Assembly (NCBI GenBank): GCA_965215335.1
Contig: CBDCDA010000002.1
Location: 1,024,001-1,088,000 of the forward strand
Length of the DNA: 64,000 bases
Reading direction: 5' to 3'
From: an uncultured Candidatus Entotheonella sp.
GTDB lineage: Bacteria; Tectomicrobia; Entotheonellia; Entotheonellales; Entotheonellaceae
The notes under the pieces are model-generated. The model was not told where the DNA came from. It did no database searches and worked only from the letters and a program-made list of their open reading frames with translations. Below are positions 33,350-43,573 of the stretch, piece after piece (positions within the stretch are counted from its first letter, which is position 1; the number at the start of each line of letters is the position of its first letter). A program made the position numbers and the translations under genes.

Positions 33350-34573
33350 CTATTGCATTCGTTCACCCATCGGCCCGCCGCCACCAGGCGTGGCTTGGCC
33401 GTCGTCGTTCAGCGTTGGTGCGGCTTGCAGCGCCGGTCCAGCGTTCCGCAGCGTCGAGGTGGACTTGAGCGCTGACGTGGCCTCCGGGACCGCCGCCGGC
33501 TCGAGGCCGTCGGGCAGGGCGGGCTCAGTGCTCATCAAGCCGTTCGCCTGATTCAGGTAGCGGTAAAAATCGCTTTCCGTGGTCAACAGCAGGCTGGAGT
33601 TGTTTTTCAGCGTCTTCTCGTACGCCGCCAGGGTCTGGACAAAGGTGTAAAACTCGGGCGCCCGGCCATACGACTCGGCGTAAATCCCCGCCGCCTCGGC
33701 ATCGGCCTTGCCGATGACCTCCTGGGCCTGACGGTACGCGTCGGAGCGCAAACGGTCGATCTCCCGCTCTTTCTCGCCGCGAATCTTGGCGCTCTCGCCG
33801 TCGCCGATTGAGCGGAAACGCGCCGCAATGCGCTGGCGTTCGGAGATCATGCGCTCGTACACCCGCTGTTCCACTTCCTGAACGTAGTTGATGCTCTTGA
33901 TGCGCACGTCGATGAGCTCGATGCCGAAATTCGGCAGGTTCTCCTGCGCCCTCTCGATCATGAGCTGCGTCAGGCGATCTCGCCCTAGACGTTCCTCCTG
34001 TCCGCCCTCCAGGGTTACGACCTGCAGGGGGGCTGCGGGTGCCGGTGCGACGGCCTGTTGCTGTCCGGCGTCGGTCTTCGCACTGGCCTCCGCCGGCGGG
34101 TCATCACCCATCCGTCTCTCGCTGACTTCGATCTCGTCCAGCGGTAGCTCGCGGGTAAAATTGCGCACTGATTCGATCAGCAGGTGCGAACTCACCACGT
34201 CGCGCGCCGCAGAGTCGATCAAGTCGTCCAAGCGGCTCTGGGCGGAGCGCTCGGTCTTGACTGCCTTGAGGAATTGCAGCGGATCGACGATGCGCCAGCG
34301 TGCCGTCGTATCCAGCTTGATGAAGCGTTTGTCCAAGGTCGGGATCTCGTCCGGCGAGCCGTCCCATTCCAGAATGCGTTTCTCGAAGCGCCGTACCCGG
34401 TGAATGAACGGTGCCTTGGCCTTCAGCCCCGGCGTGGTGATGGCGTCGCCGACCGGCTCGCCGAATTGCGTGATGATCACCAATTCCGTTTCATCCACTT
34501 GGTAGAAGGCTCCGCCGACCACCATCAACACGACCACTACGACCACGCCAACTACGGCAACGAGCTTGTTCAT
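33350..34573 (-). CDS. hflC: FtsH protease modulator HflC
   Basis: N-terminal TM, SPFH domain, GIELIDVRIK, RMISERQRIA. Confidence 0.93.
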   Translation of the reverse strand: MNKLVAVVGVVVVVVLMVVGGAFYQVDETELVIITQFGEPVGDAITTPGLKAKAPFIHRVRRFEKRILEWDGSPDEIPTLDKRFIKLDTTARWRIVDPLQFLKAVKTERSAQSRLDDLIDSAARDVVSSHLLIESVRNFTRELPLDEIEVSERRMGDDPPAEASAKTDAGQQQAVAPAPAAPLQVVTLEGGQEERLGRDRLTQLMIERAQENLPNFGIELIDVRIKSINYVQEVEQRVYERMISERQRIAARFRSIGDGESAKIRGEKEREIDRLRSDAYRQAQEVIGKADAEAAGIYAESYGRAPEFYTFVQTLAAYEKTLKNNSSLLLTTESDFYRYLNQANGLMSTEPALPDGLEPAAVPEATSALKSTSTLRNAGPALQAAPTLNDDGQATPGGGGPMGERMQ

Positions 34574-34586
34574 CGTGTCATCTCCT

Positions 34587-35618
34587 CTACTTGGCGACCG
34601 GAACCGGATTGGTGACCGTGCCAGGCGCGTCGCTCCGCTGGAGATCGAGGAAGGGCAGCAGGGAGGCCGGCTGGTTGGCGTCAAACACGAACACCTGCCT
34701 GACCTCGGGCAGGATGTCCTGCATCGTTTCCAGGTAGAGGCGGCGACGGGTAACGTCCGGGGCCTTCCGGTACTCGGTGAGCAAGGCGTCGAAGCGGGCC
34801 ACGTCGCCCTTGGCGGAGTTGACGCGCTGAATGGCGTAGCCTTCCGCCTTGGCAATGGTGCGTTCCGCCTCACCGCGCTCGCGCGGCACCTCCTGGTTGT
34901 ACTCCTGCCGCGCCTGATTGATCTTCCGCTCCTGTTCCTGCTGCGCCTCGTTCACCTCGTTGAAGGCGCGCTTGACGGCATCGGAGGGCGGGGTGACGTT
35001 CTGCATCTTCACCGTTTCGACGCGCAGGCCGGTTTCATAGAGGTTCAGCAGCTCCTGCATCTTCTCCTGCACCTCGTCGGCGATTTCCATGCGGCGCTCG
35101 GTCAGCACCTCGGTGACGGTGTGGTCGCCGACCACGGTGCGCATGACGATCTGCGCCACGTCGCGCAAGGCGGCCACGGGCCGGCGGTTGGCGAACAGGA
35201 ATTTCACCGGGTCGGCGATGCGATACTGGACGATCCATTCCACGTCGGCCACGTTGAGGTCGCCGGTGAGCATGATCGCCTCTTCGGGGTACGAGCGCTG
35301 GCTGAAGCGCGTGCGCACGCCCGGCTCTTCGGTGCGGAAACCGAATTCCTCCTTGTGGATGCGCTCTACCTTCACCTTGCTGACGGTTTCCAGGCCAAAT
35401 GGCAGTTTGTAGCGCAGCCCCGGATCCTCCAGACGGACATACCGGCCAAAGCGCTGAACGACGGCGACTTCGTCGGCCTCGACCGTGTAAAAAACCGTCA
35501 AGAGAATGCTCAGAGCGACCAATACCAGGACGCCGATAATGACCAGTCCCTTTGGGGGACGGGGGATGTTGCCGTCAAACGACAATTCGCGATCCAGACC
35601 GTCATTGTCTCCCCGCAT
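34587..35618 (-). CDS. hflK: FtsH protease modulator HflK
   Basis: MLTGDLN, AFNEV..A, RRLYLETM. Confidence 0.93.
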   Translation of the reverse strand: MRGDNDGLDRELSFDGNIPRPPKGLVIIGVLVLVALSILLTVFYTVEADEVAVVQRFGRYVRLEDPGLRYKLPFGLETVSKVKVERIHKEEFGFRTEEPGVRTRFSQRSYPEEAIMLTGDLNVADVEWIVQYRIADPVKFLFANRRPVAALRDVAQIVMRTVVGDHTVTEVLTERRMEIADEVQEKMQELLNLYETGLRVETVKMQNVTPPSDAVKRAFNEVNEAQQEQERKINQARQEYNQEVPRERGEAERTIAKAEGYAIQRVNSAKGDVARFDALLTEYRKAPDVTRRRLYLETMQDILPEVRQVFVFDANQPASLLPFLDLQRSDAPGTVTNPVPVAK

Positions 35619-35880
35619 GTCGATTTCTCCTTCCCGAGCCGATGCTGTAGGGCTCTGGCGCTGCCACCGTCGTGTCACGTCCGAAGGGTGGCGCGCCGCA
35701 AATTGTCCAGGTTTCAATACGGGCAGAGTATACGGGAAAATGTCTGGGGCGGCACGGAGGGAACGTCCGTGTCTCGGCCCGGCGCGTTGACGCTGCGCCG
35801 GTTATCAAGTACGCTACCGAGCCTGCATACTCGGCGTTCCTCCCAATGACCTTTCAGCCTTGGGTCAGCAAGCCTTGAAC

Positions 35881-36483
35881 ATGCAAAATGAGGAAATCGA
35901 GGTCAAGTTTGTCCTTGACGACCTGCCGGCCATGCGCCGGCGCGTTGTCGGCATGGGCGCGGTCCTCGAGAACCCCCGCACGCATGAAGACAACGTCACG
36001 TACGACACCGCCGAGGGGCGGCTGCGGCAGGGCGGCCGGCTGCTGCGGCTGCGGCGCGCCGGCCCGGCCCGTAACGTGCTGACCTACAAGGAACCGTTGC
36101 CGCATGAGGATGCCGATTTCAAAGTACGGCAGGAGTTCGAGGTGGTGGTGAGCGACTTCGTGCAGGCGCAGTCCATCGTCGAAAGGCTTGGGTTCGCGGC
36201 GTCGATGCGTTATGAGAAATACCGCGAGACGTTCACCTATGAGGGCGCCGAGATCGTTCTGGACGAGTTGCCGGTAGGGAACTTCATGGAGGTCGAGGCG
36301 ACGCGCGAAAAAATTCGTGCCATCACAGCCGCCCTGGGCATTGATTTCGCTGCCCGGCTGCGCGGCAGTTACGGCGACATCCTTGAAGCCGTTTGCGCCA
36401 TGTACGACCTGTCGTTGAGCGACATGACGTTCGACAACTTCCGCCATCTGACCGTTGATCTGCACGCCTGTCACCTGACGTAG
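35881..36483 (+). CDS. CYTH domain protein (class IV adenylate cyclase-like)
   Basis: EIEVK, LRLR, LTYK, EKYRE, FMEVE. Confidence 0.9.
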   Translation: MQNEEIEVKFVLDDLPAMRRRVVGMGAVLENPRTHEDNVTYDTAEGRLRQGGRLLRLRRAGPARNVLTYKEPLPHEDADFKVRQEFEVVVSDFVQAQSIVERLGFAASMRYEKYRETFTYEGAEIVLDELPVGNFMEVEATREKIRAITAALGIDFAARLRGSYGDILEAVCAMYDLSLSDMTFDNFRHLTVDLHACHLT

Positions 36484-36508
36484 CGCACCGCCGCCTTTCG
36501 GAGTTCCC

Positions 36509-37300
36509 ATGAAGCCCCGCGTGTTGATTCTGTCCGGTTGCGGCATCAATTGCGAGCGCGAGACGGCGTACGCCTTCAGCCTGCCGGCGGTCGGCGGCGA
36601 GGCCGTTTGCGTGCATCTGCACGACCTCATCGCGCAACCCGATCAGCTCGACGACTTCCACGTCATGGTCATCCCCGGCGGCTTCGCCTTCGGTGACGAC
36701 ATCGCCGCCGGCATCGTCCTTGCCATCCGGCTGCGCTGCCGGCTGGAGCGGCCCTTGAGCAAGTTCTTGAGGAACGGGAAGCTGCTGCTCGGCATTTGCA
36801 ATGGCTTTCAAGTCCTTGTCCGCCTTGGTGTTCTTCCCGCCGCAGGGGGGCAAATGTGGGATCAGGAAGCCACCCTGACCACCAACGATTCGGGAAAGTT
36901 TGAGGACCGTTGGGTGCACCTGCAAATCGATCCCGCTTGCTCCTCTCCTTTTGTGCAAGGCATCGACCGCCTCTACTTGCCGGTACGCCATGGCGAGGGC
37001 AAGTTTCTGACGCGGGATAACGACGTTTTACACGCCTTGCGGGCGAATCACCAGATCGTCGCCCGCTACAGCGGACCAGACGGCGCCGCCGCCCCTTATC
37101 CCTGGAACCCCAACGGATCGGTCGACGACGTGGCCGCGGTGTGCGACCCGGGCGGTCGGGTATTCGGCCTCATGCCGCATCCGGAAGCCTATACGCACCG
37201 CACCCACCATCCCCGCTGGACGCGCGAATCGCTGCCGGAAGAGGGGCAGGGGGTGGCGATCTTCCGCAACGCCGTCGCCTTTGCCCGCACCCACCTGTGA
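36509..37300 (+). CDS. purQ: Phosphoribosylformylglycinamidine synthase glutaminase subunit
   Basis: PGGFAFGD, GICNGFQ, HGEG, NPNGS, MPHPE. Confidence 0.95.
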   Translation: MKPRVLILSGCGINCERETAYAFSLPAVGGEAVCVHLHDLIAQPDQLDDFHVMVIPGGFAFGDDIAAGIVLAIRLRCRLERPLSKFLRNGKLLLGICNGFQVLVRLGVLPAAGGQMWDQEATLTTNDSGKFEDRWVHLQIDPACSSPFVQGIDRLYLPVRHGEGKFLTRDNDVLHALRANHQIVARYSGPDGAAAPYPWNPNGSVDDVAAVCDPGGRVFGLMPHPEAYTHRTHHPRWTRESLPEEGQGVAIFRNAVAFARTHL

Positions 37301-37343
37301 CGTCTGCAAGCCCATGATCGTGGTGGATGATCTGCAATAAAGG

Positions 37344-38804
37344 ATGAAGTCTGTGACACGCCCGACCTCTGATTATCAGGGTTACGTGAATCCCCTGACA
37401 GACCGCTATGCCAGCCGGGACATGAGCCGCATCTTCTCGCCGCAATACAAGTTTCAGACCTGGCGCCGCCTGTGGGTGGCGCTCGCCGAGGCCGAGGCGG
37501 AAGCGGGGTTGAACATCAGCCAGGCGCAGATCGACGAGTTGCGGTCGCACGTCGAGGACATCAACTTCGAGGTGGCCGAGGCGCAGGAAAAGATTCTGCG
37601 GCACGACGTCATGGCGCACATCCACGCTTACGGCGCGCAGTGTCCGCAGGCGCGCGGTATCATCCACCTGGGTGCCACCAGCGCCTTCGTGGGTGACAAC
37701 ACCGACCTCATCCAGATGCGCGCCGCGCTGGAGTTGATCCGCATCCGTCTGGTCAACGTCATGGACACCCTGGCGCGGTTTGCCGCCGCGCACCGGGACG
37801 TGGTGACGCTGGGGTACACGCATTTTCAGCCCGCCCAGCTGACCACCGTGGGACGCCGCGCCGTGTTGTGGCTGCAGGACCTGGTGTTTGACCTCGAGGA
37901 CCTGGAGCACGTGCTGGCGACGCTGCACTTTCGCGGCGTCAAGGGCGCGACGGGCACACAGGCCAGCTTCATGCGCCTGTGCAACGATGATGCCGACAAG
38001 GTGAAGGCGATCGACCAGCGCGTGGCGGAGAAGATGGGTTTCGAGCGCACCCTGCCGGTGACCGGTCAGACGTACCCGCGCAAATACGACAGCCGGGTGC
38101 TGGGCGTCCTGGCGGCGGTGGCGCAATCGGCGCACAAGTTCAGCAATGACGTGCGGTTGTCGCAGAGCCTCGGCGAGATGGAAGAACCTTTCGGAAACTC
38201 GCAGGTTGGCTCATCGACCATGGCGTACAAGCGCAACCCGACGCGCAGCGAGCGCATTGCGGCGCTGTCTCGGCACGTGATCTGCAACAGCCTCAACCCG
38301 GCGCTCACCGCGGCCGGGCAGTGGTTCGAGCGTACCATTGACGATTCCGCCAACAAGCGATTGAGCATCCCGGAAGCCTTCCTGGCGACGGACTCCATTC
38401 TGGTGCTGTATCAGGAAATCGCCGCTGGTCTCACGGTTTATCCGTCCGTGATCGCCCGCCGGGTGGCTGAGTATCTGCCTTTTCTGGTCACCGAGAACCT
38501 CATGATGGAGGGCGTCGTCAAGGCCGCCGGCGACCGCCAGAGACTGCACGAGAAGATCCGCCAGCACGCCATGGAAGCGTGGCACCACATGCGCGTCGAT
38601 GGCGGCCAGAACGACCTGCTCGGACGCCTGCGCGACGATCCGGCCTTCGACGCCATGCGGGCGCAGATAGCCGAAGCCCCGGCGCCCCACGCCTACACGG
38701 GCCGGGCGGTGCAGCAGGTCGACGAGTTCCTTGCAACGGTGCATCAACCCATTCGCGATCGACACGGCGCCCTGCTCGGCGCCGTTGTCGAGACGCACGT
38801 GTGA
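37344..38804 (+). CDS. purB: Adenylosuccinate lyase
   Basis: RHDVMAH, H.GATS, THFQPAQ, SSTMAYKRNP. Confidence 0.96.
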   Translation: MKSVTRPTSDYQGYVNPLTDRYASRDMSRIFSPQYKFQTWRRLWVALAEAEAEAGLNISQAQIDELRSHVEDINFEVAEAQEKILRHDVMAHIHAYGAQCPQARGIIHLGATSAFVGDNTDLIQMRAALELIRIRLVNVMDTLARFAAAHRDVVTLGYTHFQPAQLTTVGRRAVLWLQDLVFDLEDLEHVLATLHFRGVKGATGTQASFMRLCNDDADKVKAIDQRVAEKMGFERTLPVTGQTYPRKYDSRVLGVLAAVAQSAHKFSNDVRLSQSLGEMEEPFGNSQVGSSTMAYKRNPTRSERIAALSRHVICNSLNPALTAAGQWFERTIDDSANKRLSIPEAFLATDSILVLYQEIAAGLTVYPSVIARRVAEYLPFLVTENLMMEGVVKAAGDRQRLHEKIRQHAMEAWHHMRVDGGQNDLLGRLRDDPAFDAMRAQIAEAPAPHAYTGRAVQQVDEFLATVHQPIRDRHGALLGAVVETHV

Positions 38805-38836
38805 TCAGGCCGACTCTGTCCGGGAGTGGCAACGAT

Positions 38837-40108
38837 ATGCTGGATGTCCGATTCATCCGTGAGCAGCCCGACATCGTTCAGGCCGGTGCGCGCAAGAAGC
38901 GCATCGACATCGACATCCGGCAATTGCTGGAGGTGGACGAGCGGCGGCGGCGCCTGCTGGGCCGGGTCGAGCACCTGAAGGCGCAACGCAACAAGATGTC
39001 CAGGGAGATCGCCACGCTGCAAGGAGATCCCAAGCAGGCGGTCATCGCCGCGATGAAGGAGGTGGCGGCGGAGAGCAAGGGCCTGGAGGGGGCGTTGCGG
39101 GACGCGGAGGCGGCTTGCGAGGCGTTGATGCTGCGGGTTCCGAACGTGCCCGCCGACGACGTGCCCGAGGGCGAAACGGATGCCGACAACGTCGTCCTCA
39201 AGACCTGGGGTGAGCCGCCGCAATTTGACTTCACGCCGCTGGATCACGTCGAGCTTGGCGAGCGGCTGGACATCATCGACATTCCCAGGGCCGTCAAGCT
39301 GGCCGGCGCTCGCACCTATTTCCTGAAGAACGCCGGCGCGCTCCTCGAACAGGCGGTTTTGCAGTTCGCTCTGCATCACATGGTGCGCAAGGGTTTCGCG
39401 CCTTTCCTGGTGCCGCACCTGGTGAAGGACGAGCCGATGGTGGGCACGGCGTATTTTCCGGTCGGCCGGGAGCAGACGTACCGCCTGCCGGAGGACGGCC
39501 TGAACCTCATCGGCACCGCCGAGGTGCCGCTCACCGCGTACCACGCCAACGAAATTCTCACGGAGAGCGACCTGCCGACCTACTCGGTGGGGCTGTCGAG
39601 CTGCTACCGCCGCGAGGCCGGAACCTACGGCAAGGACACGCGCGGGCTGTTTCGCATCCATCAGTTTCAGAAGGTGGAACAGGTGGTGTTGTGCGCCAAC
39701 GAACCAGAGGTGTCGGCGCGGGAGCACGAGCACATTCTGGCCAACGCCGAGGAAATCCTGCGGGCGCTGGGCCTGCCGTACCGCGTCGTGCTCGTGTGCG
39801 GCGGCGACCTGGGCGTGCCGCAGGTCAAGAAGTACGATATCGAGACCTGGATGCCGGGACGGCAGGCATACGGCGAAACGCACTCGGCGTCGAAGTTTCA
39901 CGATTTCCAGGCACGCCGCCTGAACCTGCGTTACCGCACCAGGGACGGCGCGCTGCGCTTCGTCCATACCCTGAACAACACGGTGATCGCCTCGCCACGC
40001 ATCCTCATCCCGCTGCTGGAGGTGCACCAGCGCGCCGACGGCAGCGTGGCGATTCCGGATGTCCTGCAGCCGTTCATGGGGGGGATGGAGGTGATCGAAA
40101 AGCGTTGA
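38837..40108 (+). CDS. serS: Serine--tRNA ligase
   Basis: MLD start, GTAE, YRREAG, RIHQFQKVE, HTLNNT. Confidence 0.97.
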   Translation: MLDVRFIREQPDIVQAGARKKRIDIDIRQLLEVDERRRRLLGRVEHLKAQRNKMSREIATLQGDPKQAVIAAMKEVAAESKGLEGALRDAEAACEALMLRVPNVPADDVPEGETDADNVVLKTWGEPPQFDFTPLDHVELGERLDIIDIPRAVKLAGARTYFLKNAGALLEQAVLQFALHHMVRKGFAPFLVPHLVKDEPMVGTAYFPVGREQTYRLPEDGLNLIGTAEVPLTAYHANEILTESDLPTYSVGLSSCYRREAGTYGKDTRGLFRIHQFQKVEQVVLCANEPEVSAREHEHILANAEEILRALGLPYRVVLVCGGDLGVPQVKKYDIETWMPGRQAYGETHSASKFHDFQARRLNLRYRTRDGALRFVHTLNNTVIASPRILIPLLEVHQRADGSVAIPDVLQPFMGGMEVIEKR

Positions 40109-40129
40109 AGGGGTGGCTGAGGCGCTTGC

Positions 40130-40933
40130 CTAAAGACCGCCGCCGTCCGGCAGCAGGGGGTCCGGCACGGGGGCGCCGGCGTACCGCACGACGGCCTGGC
40201 CTTGAATCTCGTCCTGGCGCGCTTCCAGCGCCACCCGGTACGTGCCTGCCGATTGACTCCAGAACGCCTTGCCGCCCCGGCGCATGAGGAACAGGAACCG
40301 CTCCTGCGCCTCGGGTGGAACGTCCAACCGTTGCATCAAGTCGTCGATCTGTTCGGACGCGAGTGTGAATTGCTCGCTCTGTGGGTAAAGCGCCACGACG
40401 CGTTCCAGCGATTGACCGCGGGGATGGAAGAGAGCGATCAGCGTCTGCCCTTGGTCGGCCTGCTTGTCGATCCGGTAGTAACGCAGCACGCGGCGTTTAG
40501 CGCCGGGCGTCAGGGGTTGGAAGAGCAGGGCCTCGTAGGTGGCGCCGGCTTGCTCGAACTGCACGTCGTCGTAGGGCGGATCGAAAAAGAGGCCAAACAC
40601 CTCGGCGTCGAAGGCCAATTCGATCCAGTACGAGCCGGGGGGCAGGGTCAGACGCAGCGGGGTCTTGCCATGATAGGCTTCCGGGCCGGAATCGTGCGAC
40701 GGGACTTCCTCAGGGGCGTAAGGTTGCACGTAGACGTCCGCGGCTTCGGGAATCGAGGTCACCCACACCTCATCCGCCGCCACCTGCACGGGCAGGCCGG
40801 TGGGCATCCGCTCGCTGAAGTCGTAGGACTGATACAGGGCCTCGCAGCCACTGAGCAGCAGGGTGGCCACAACGACGAGGCACACCGGCCAGAATCTTTT
40901 GAAGTGCCCGATGACGTTCATGCCTGCCTTCAT
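40130..40933 (-). CDS. Hypothetical lipoprotein with a PEGA-like domain
   Basis: Lipobox LLSGC; VTSIPEAADVYV...GKTPL.LTLPPGSY. Confidence 0.7.
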   Translation of the reverse strand: MKAGMNVIGHFKRFWPVCLVVVATLLLSGCEALYQSYDFSERMPTGLPVQVAADEVWVTSIPEAADVYVQPYAPEEVPSHDSGPEAYHGKTPLRLTLPPGSYWIELAFDAEVFGLFFDPPYDDVQFEQAGATYEALLFQPLTPGAKRRVLRYYRIDKQADQGQTLIALFHPRGQSLERVVALYPQSEQFTLASEQIDDLMQRLDVPPEAQERFLFLMRRGGKAFWSQSAGTYRVALEARQDEIQGQAVVRYAGAPVPDPLLPDGGGL

Positions 40934-41925
40934 GTTTCCACCCGTGTTGTCCGTTCGTACACCTCGGGGTTGATCACGTGCTGCGGTCGCTCGCCTTGCA
41001 GTACGGCGACGGCGCTTTGCGCCGCCATCACCGCCATGCGGGTGCGGCTGGCGACCGAGGCGCTGCCGATGTGCGGCAGCAGAACGACGTTCTCCAGGTC
41101 CTTCAACGCCTGCGGCACCTCGGGCTCCTGCTCGAAGACGTCCAGTCCCGCGCCGGCGATCCATTGTTCCTGCAAGGCGCGGACGACCGCCGCTTCGTCG
41201 ACGACCGGCCCGCGCGACGTGTTGACGAGGTAGGCAGTCGGCTGCATCATGCGCAGCTCCTTTGCGCCGATGAGATGTCGGGTTTCGGCGGTGAGCGGCG
41301 TGTGCACGCTGACGAAATCGGCATTTCGTAGAAGCGTTTCCAACTCCACCCAGGTGGCACCGAGCTCGGATTCCAGGGTCTCCGACAGGCGATGCCGGTT
41401 GTGGTAGAGGATCGTCATGCCGAAGCCGCGGGCGCGCCGCGCCACCGCTTGCCCGATACGCCCCATGCCGACGATGCCGAGAGTGCGGCCATGCACGTCG
41501 TTGCCCAGCAGGAGCAGCAGGCGCCACTCCTTCCATTTGCCAGCGCGGATATAGCGGTCCGCTTCGGGAATGCGCCGCGCGATGCTGAACAGCAGGCCCC
41601 ACGTCAGGTCGGCGGTGGATTCGGTGACGACGCCCGGAGTGTTGGTGACCACCACGCCCCGCTGGGTTGCGGCCGGTACGTCCACGTTGTCGTAACCTGC
41701 CGCCACGTTTGCCACCACCTTGAGGTTCGCGCCCGCTTGCAGAAGCGTCGCGTCAATGGTGTCGGTGACCACGCAAATCACTCCGTCCATGCCGGCGACG
41801 GCTTGACGCAGGGTGGCGGCATCGAGGGGCTGGTCCAAGGGGGCGAAGCGAACCTCGCAGGCCTGCCGGGCAACCTCGACGGCTTCCTCGGCCAGCTCGT
41901 GGGTGATGAGGACGCGGGGTGTCAT
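40930..41925 (-). CDS. D-glycerate dehydrogenase/glyoxylate reductase
   Basis: GYDNVD, GMGRIG, NTSRG, LDVFE.EP, PHIGSA. Confidence 0.92.
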   Translation of the reverse strand: MTPRVLITHELAEEAVEVARQACEVRFAPLDQPLDAATLRQAVAGMDGVICVVTDTIDATLLQAGANLKVVANVAAGYDNVDVPAATQRGVVVTNTPGVVTESTADLTWGLLFSIARRIPEADRYIRAGKWKEWRLLLLLGNDVHGRTLGIVGMGRIGQAVARRARGFGMTILYHNRHRLSETLESELGATWVELETLLRNADFVSVHTPLTAETRHLIGAKELRMMQPTAYLVNTSRGPVVDEAAVVRALQEQWIAGAGLDVFEQEPEVPQALKDLENVVLLPHIGSASVASRTRMAVMAAQSAVAVLQGERPQHVINPEVYERTTRVET

Positions 41926-41928
41926 CGC

Positions 41929-43530
41929 CTACGCCTCGGCGGCGGCTTTCTGTTGCTCCGTTTCGACCAGCACGCGGCGCAACACCTTGCCCGAGGCGGT
42001 CTTGGGAATGCTGGCGACGAACTCGACCTCGCGGACCTTCTTGTATCCGGCGATGCGGCTGGCTACGAAGTCCATCAGCACGTCCGCCGCGACCTCCTCG
42101 CCCGGATGCAGGATAACCAGAGCCTTGGGGATTTCCCCCGCCTCGGCGTCGGGCTTGCCGAACACGGCGCAATCCGCCACCGCGGGGTGCTGGAACAGCG
42201 CTGCCTCGACTTCCGCGGGAGCGACGGAGAAGCCCTTGTACTTGATCATTTCTTTCTTGCGGTCAACGATGTAGACGTATCCCTGATCGTCGATGCGCGC
42301 CACGTCGCCGGTCGCCAGCCAGCCATCGCGCAGCACGCGGCTTGTCTCTTCGGGAGACTTCCAGTAGCCTTTCATGACGTGGGGTCCCTTGATGAGCAGC
42401 TCACCGACGCTGCCGATGCTCAATTCCTGCTCGCCCGTCGTGAGGTCGACGATCTTCTGTTCCTGGTTCGGCACCGACAGGCCGACCGAATCGAGCTTCG
42501 CGCAGCCCTGACCGACGGGGTTCAGGTGCGTCACCGGAGAGGCTTCCGTAAGGCCGTACCCCTGCAGGACGCACACGCCGGTTTTTTCCTGCACCCGCTG
42601 GCCCACCTCGGGCGCCAGGGGCGCGGCCCCGACCATGATGTAGCGCATGTACGAGAGGTCGAACTGATCGACGTTCGGGTAGTTGCCCAAGGCGACCATA
42701 ATGGGCGGCACGGCGTAATACAGGGTGACTTTGTGCTGCTGCGCCAGGGCCAGCGAGAGCTCGAGATCGAATGCCTCCATGATGACCAGCGTGGCGCCGG
42801 CGTAGATGCCGCCGCCGACCAGCATCATGCCGTAGATGTGGTAGAAGGGCAGGAAGATGAGCAGGGTGTCGCGCTCCGAGATGCGCCCGCTGGAGATGAA
42901 CTGGATGTTGTTGGCCACCAGGTTCTGCTGGCTCAGCATCACGCCCTTGGGCAGGCCGGTGGTGCCGCTGGAGTAGGGCAGGGCTACCAGGTCCTCGCTC
43001 CAGTTCAGCGCCACTTGCGGCGGGTGCTTCGGAGATGAGTGTCGAATGAGGTCACGAAAGAGGTGTGTGTTCGACTCGGCGTTCCGCCCGACGATGATCA
43101 CTTCCTTGAGGCTCGGCACTTTTGAACGCACCGATTTGACCAGCGGGTAGAGGGATTCCTGTACGATCAGCACGCTGGCTCCGGCGTCGTCGAGCTGGTG
43201 CTGGATTTCGTCTTTCTTGTAGGCGGGATTCATCGGCGTAGCCACGGCGCCCAGGCGGGCGGCGGCGTAGAAGCTGATGACGTATTCCGGGCGGTTGGTC
43301 ATGTAAAGGGCAACGCGGTCGCCCTTTTTGACGCCGAGGCCGCTCAAGGCATTGGCAATGCTGTTGGTCAGCCCGTCGAGTTCTCGGTACGAGAACTTCT
43401 TTCCCTGAAAGATGATTGCCTCTTTTTCCGGAAAGCGCTGAGCCGTCTCCCACAGCATCTCGCCAAAGGGAATTTCCGGGATGTCGATGTCGGCTCGAAA
43501 GAAATCCCCAAGCGTGCTGTCTGGGGTCAT
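41929..43530 (-). CDS. AMP-binding acyl-CoA ligase (4-coumarate/long-chain fatty acid type)
   Basis: YSSGTTGLPKG, GYGLTE, TGD, DRKKEMIK, KTASGK. Confidence 0.92.
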   Translation of the reverse strand: MTPDSTLGDFFRADIDIPEIPFGEMLWETAQRFPEKEAIIFQGKKFSYRELDGLTNSIANALSGLGVKKGDRVALYMTNRPEYVISFYAAARLGAVATPMNPAYKKDEIQHQLDDAGASVLIVQESLYPLVKSVRSKVPSLKEVIIVGRNAESNTHLFRDLIRHSSPKHPPQVALNWSEDLVALPYSSGTTGLPKGVMLSQQNLVANNIQFISSGRISERDTLLIFLPFYHIYGMMLVGGGIYAGATLVIMEAFDLELSLALAQQHKVTLYYAVPPIMVALGNYPNVDQFDLSYMRYIMVGAAPLAPEVGQRVQEKTGVCVLQGYGLTEASPVTHLNPVGQGCAKLDSVGLSVPNQEQKIVDLTTGEQELSIGSVGELLIKGPHVMKGYWKSPEETSRVLRDGWLATGDVARIDDQGYVYIVDRKKEMIKYKGFSVAPAEVEAALFQHPAVADCAVFGKPDAEAGEIPKALVILHPGEEVAADVLMDFVASRIAGYKKVREVEFVASIPKTASGKVLRRVLVETEQQKAAAEA

Positions 43531-43573
43531 GCGCCATCTCCTCGGTCGTTGTGTTGCGTGCGGGATGTCCTGA

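Noticed and set aside
36509..37300. purQ without adjacent purL/purS
   Set aside because: Scattered pur genes are common; cannot be judged from one window.
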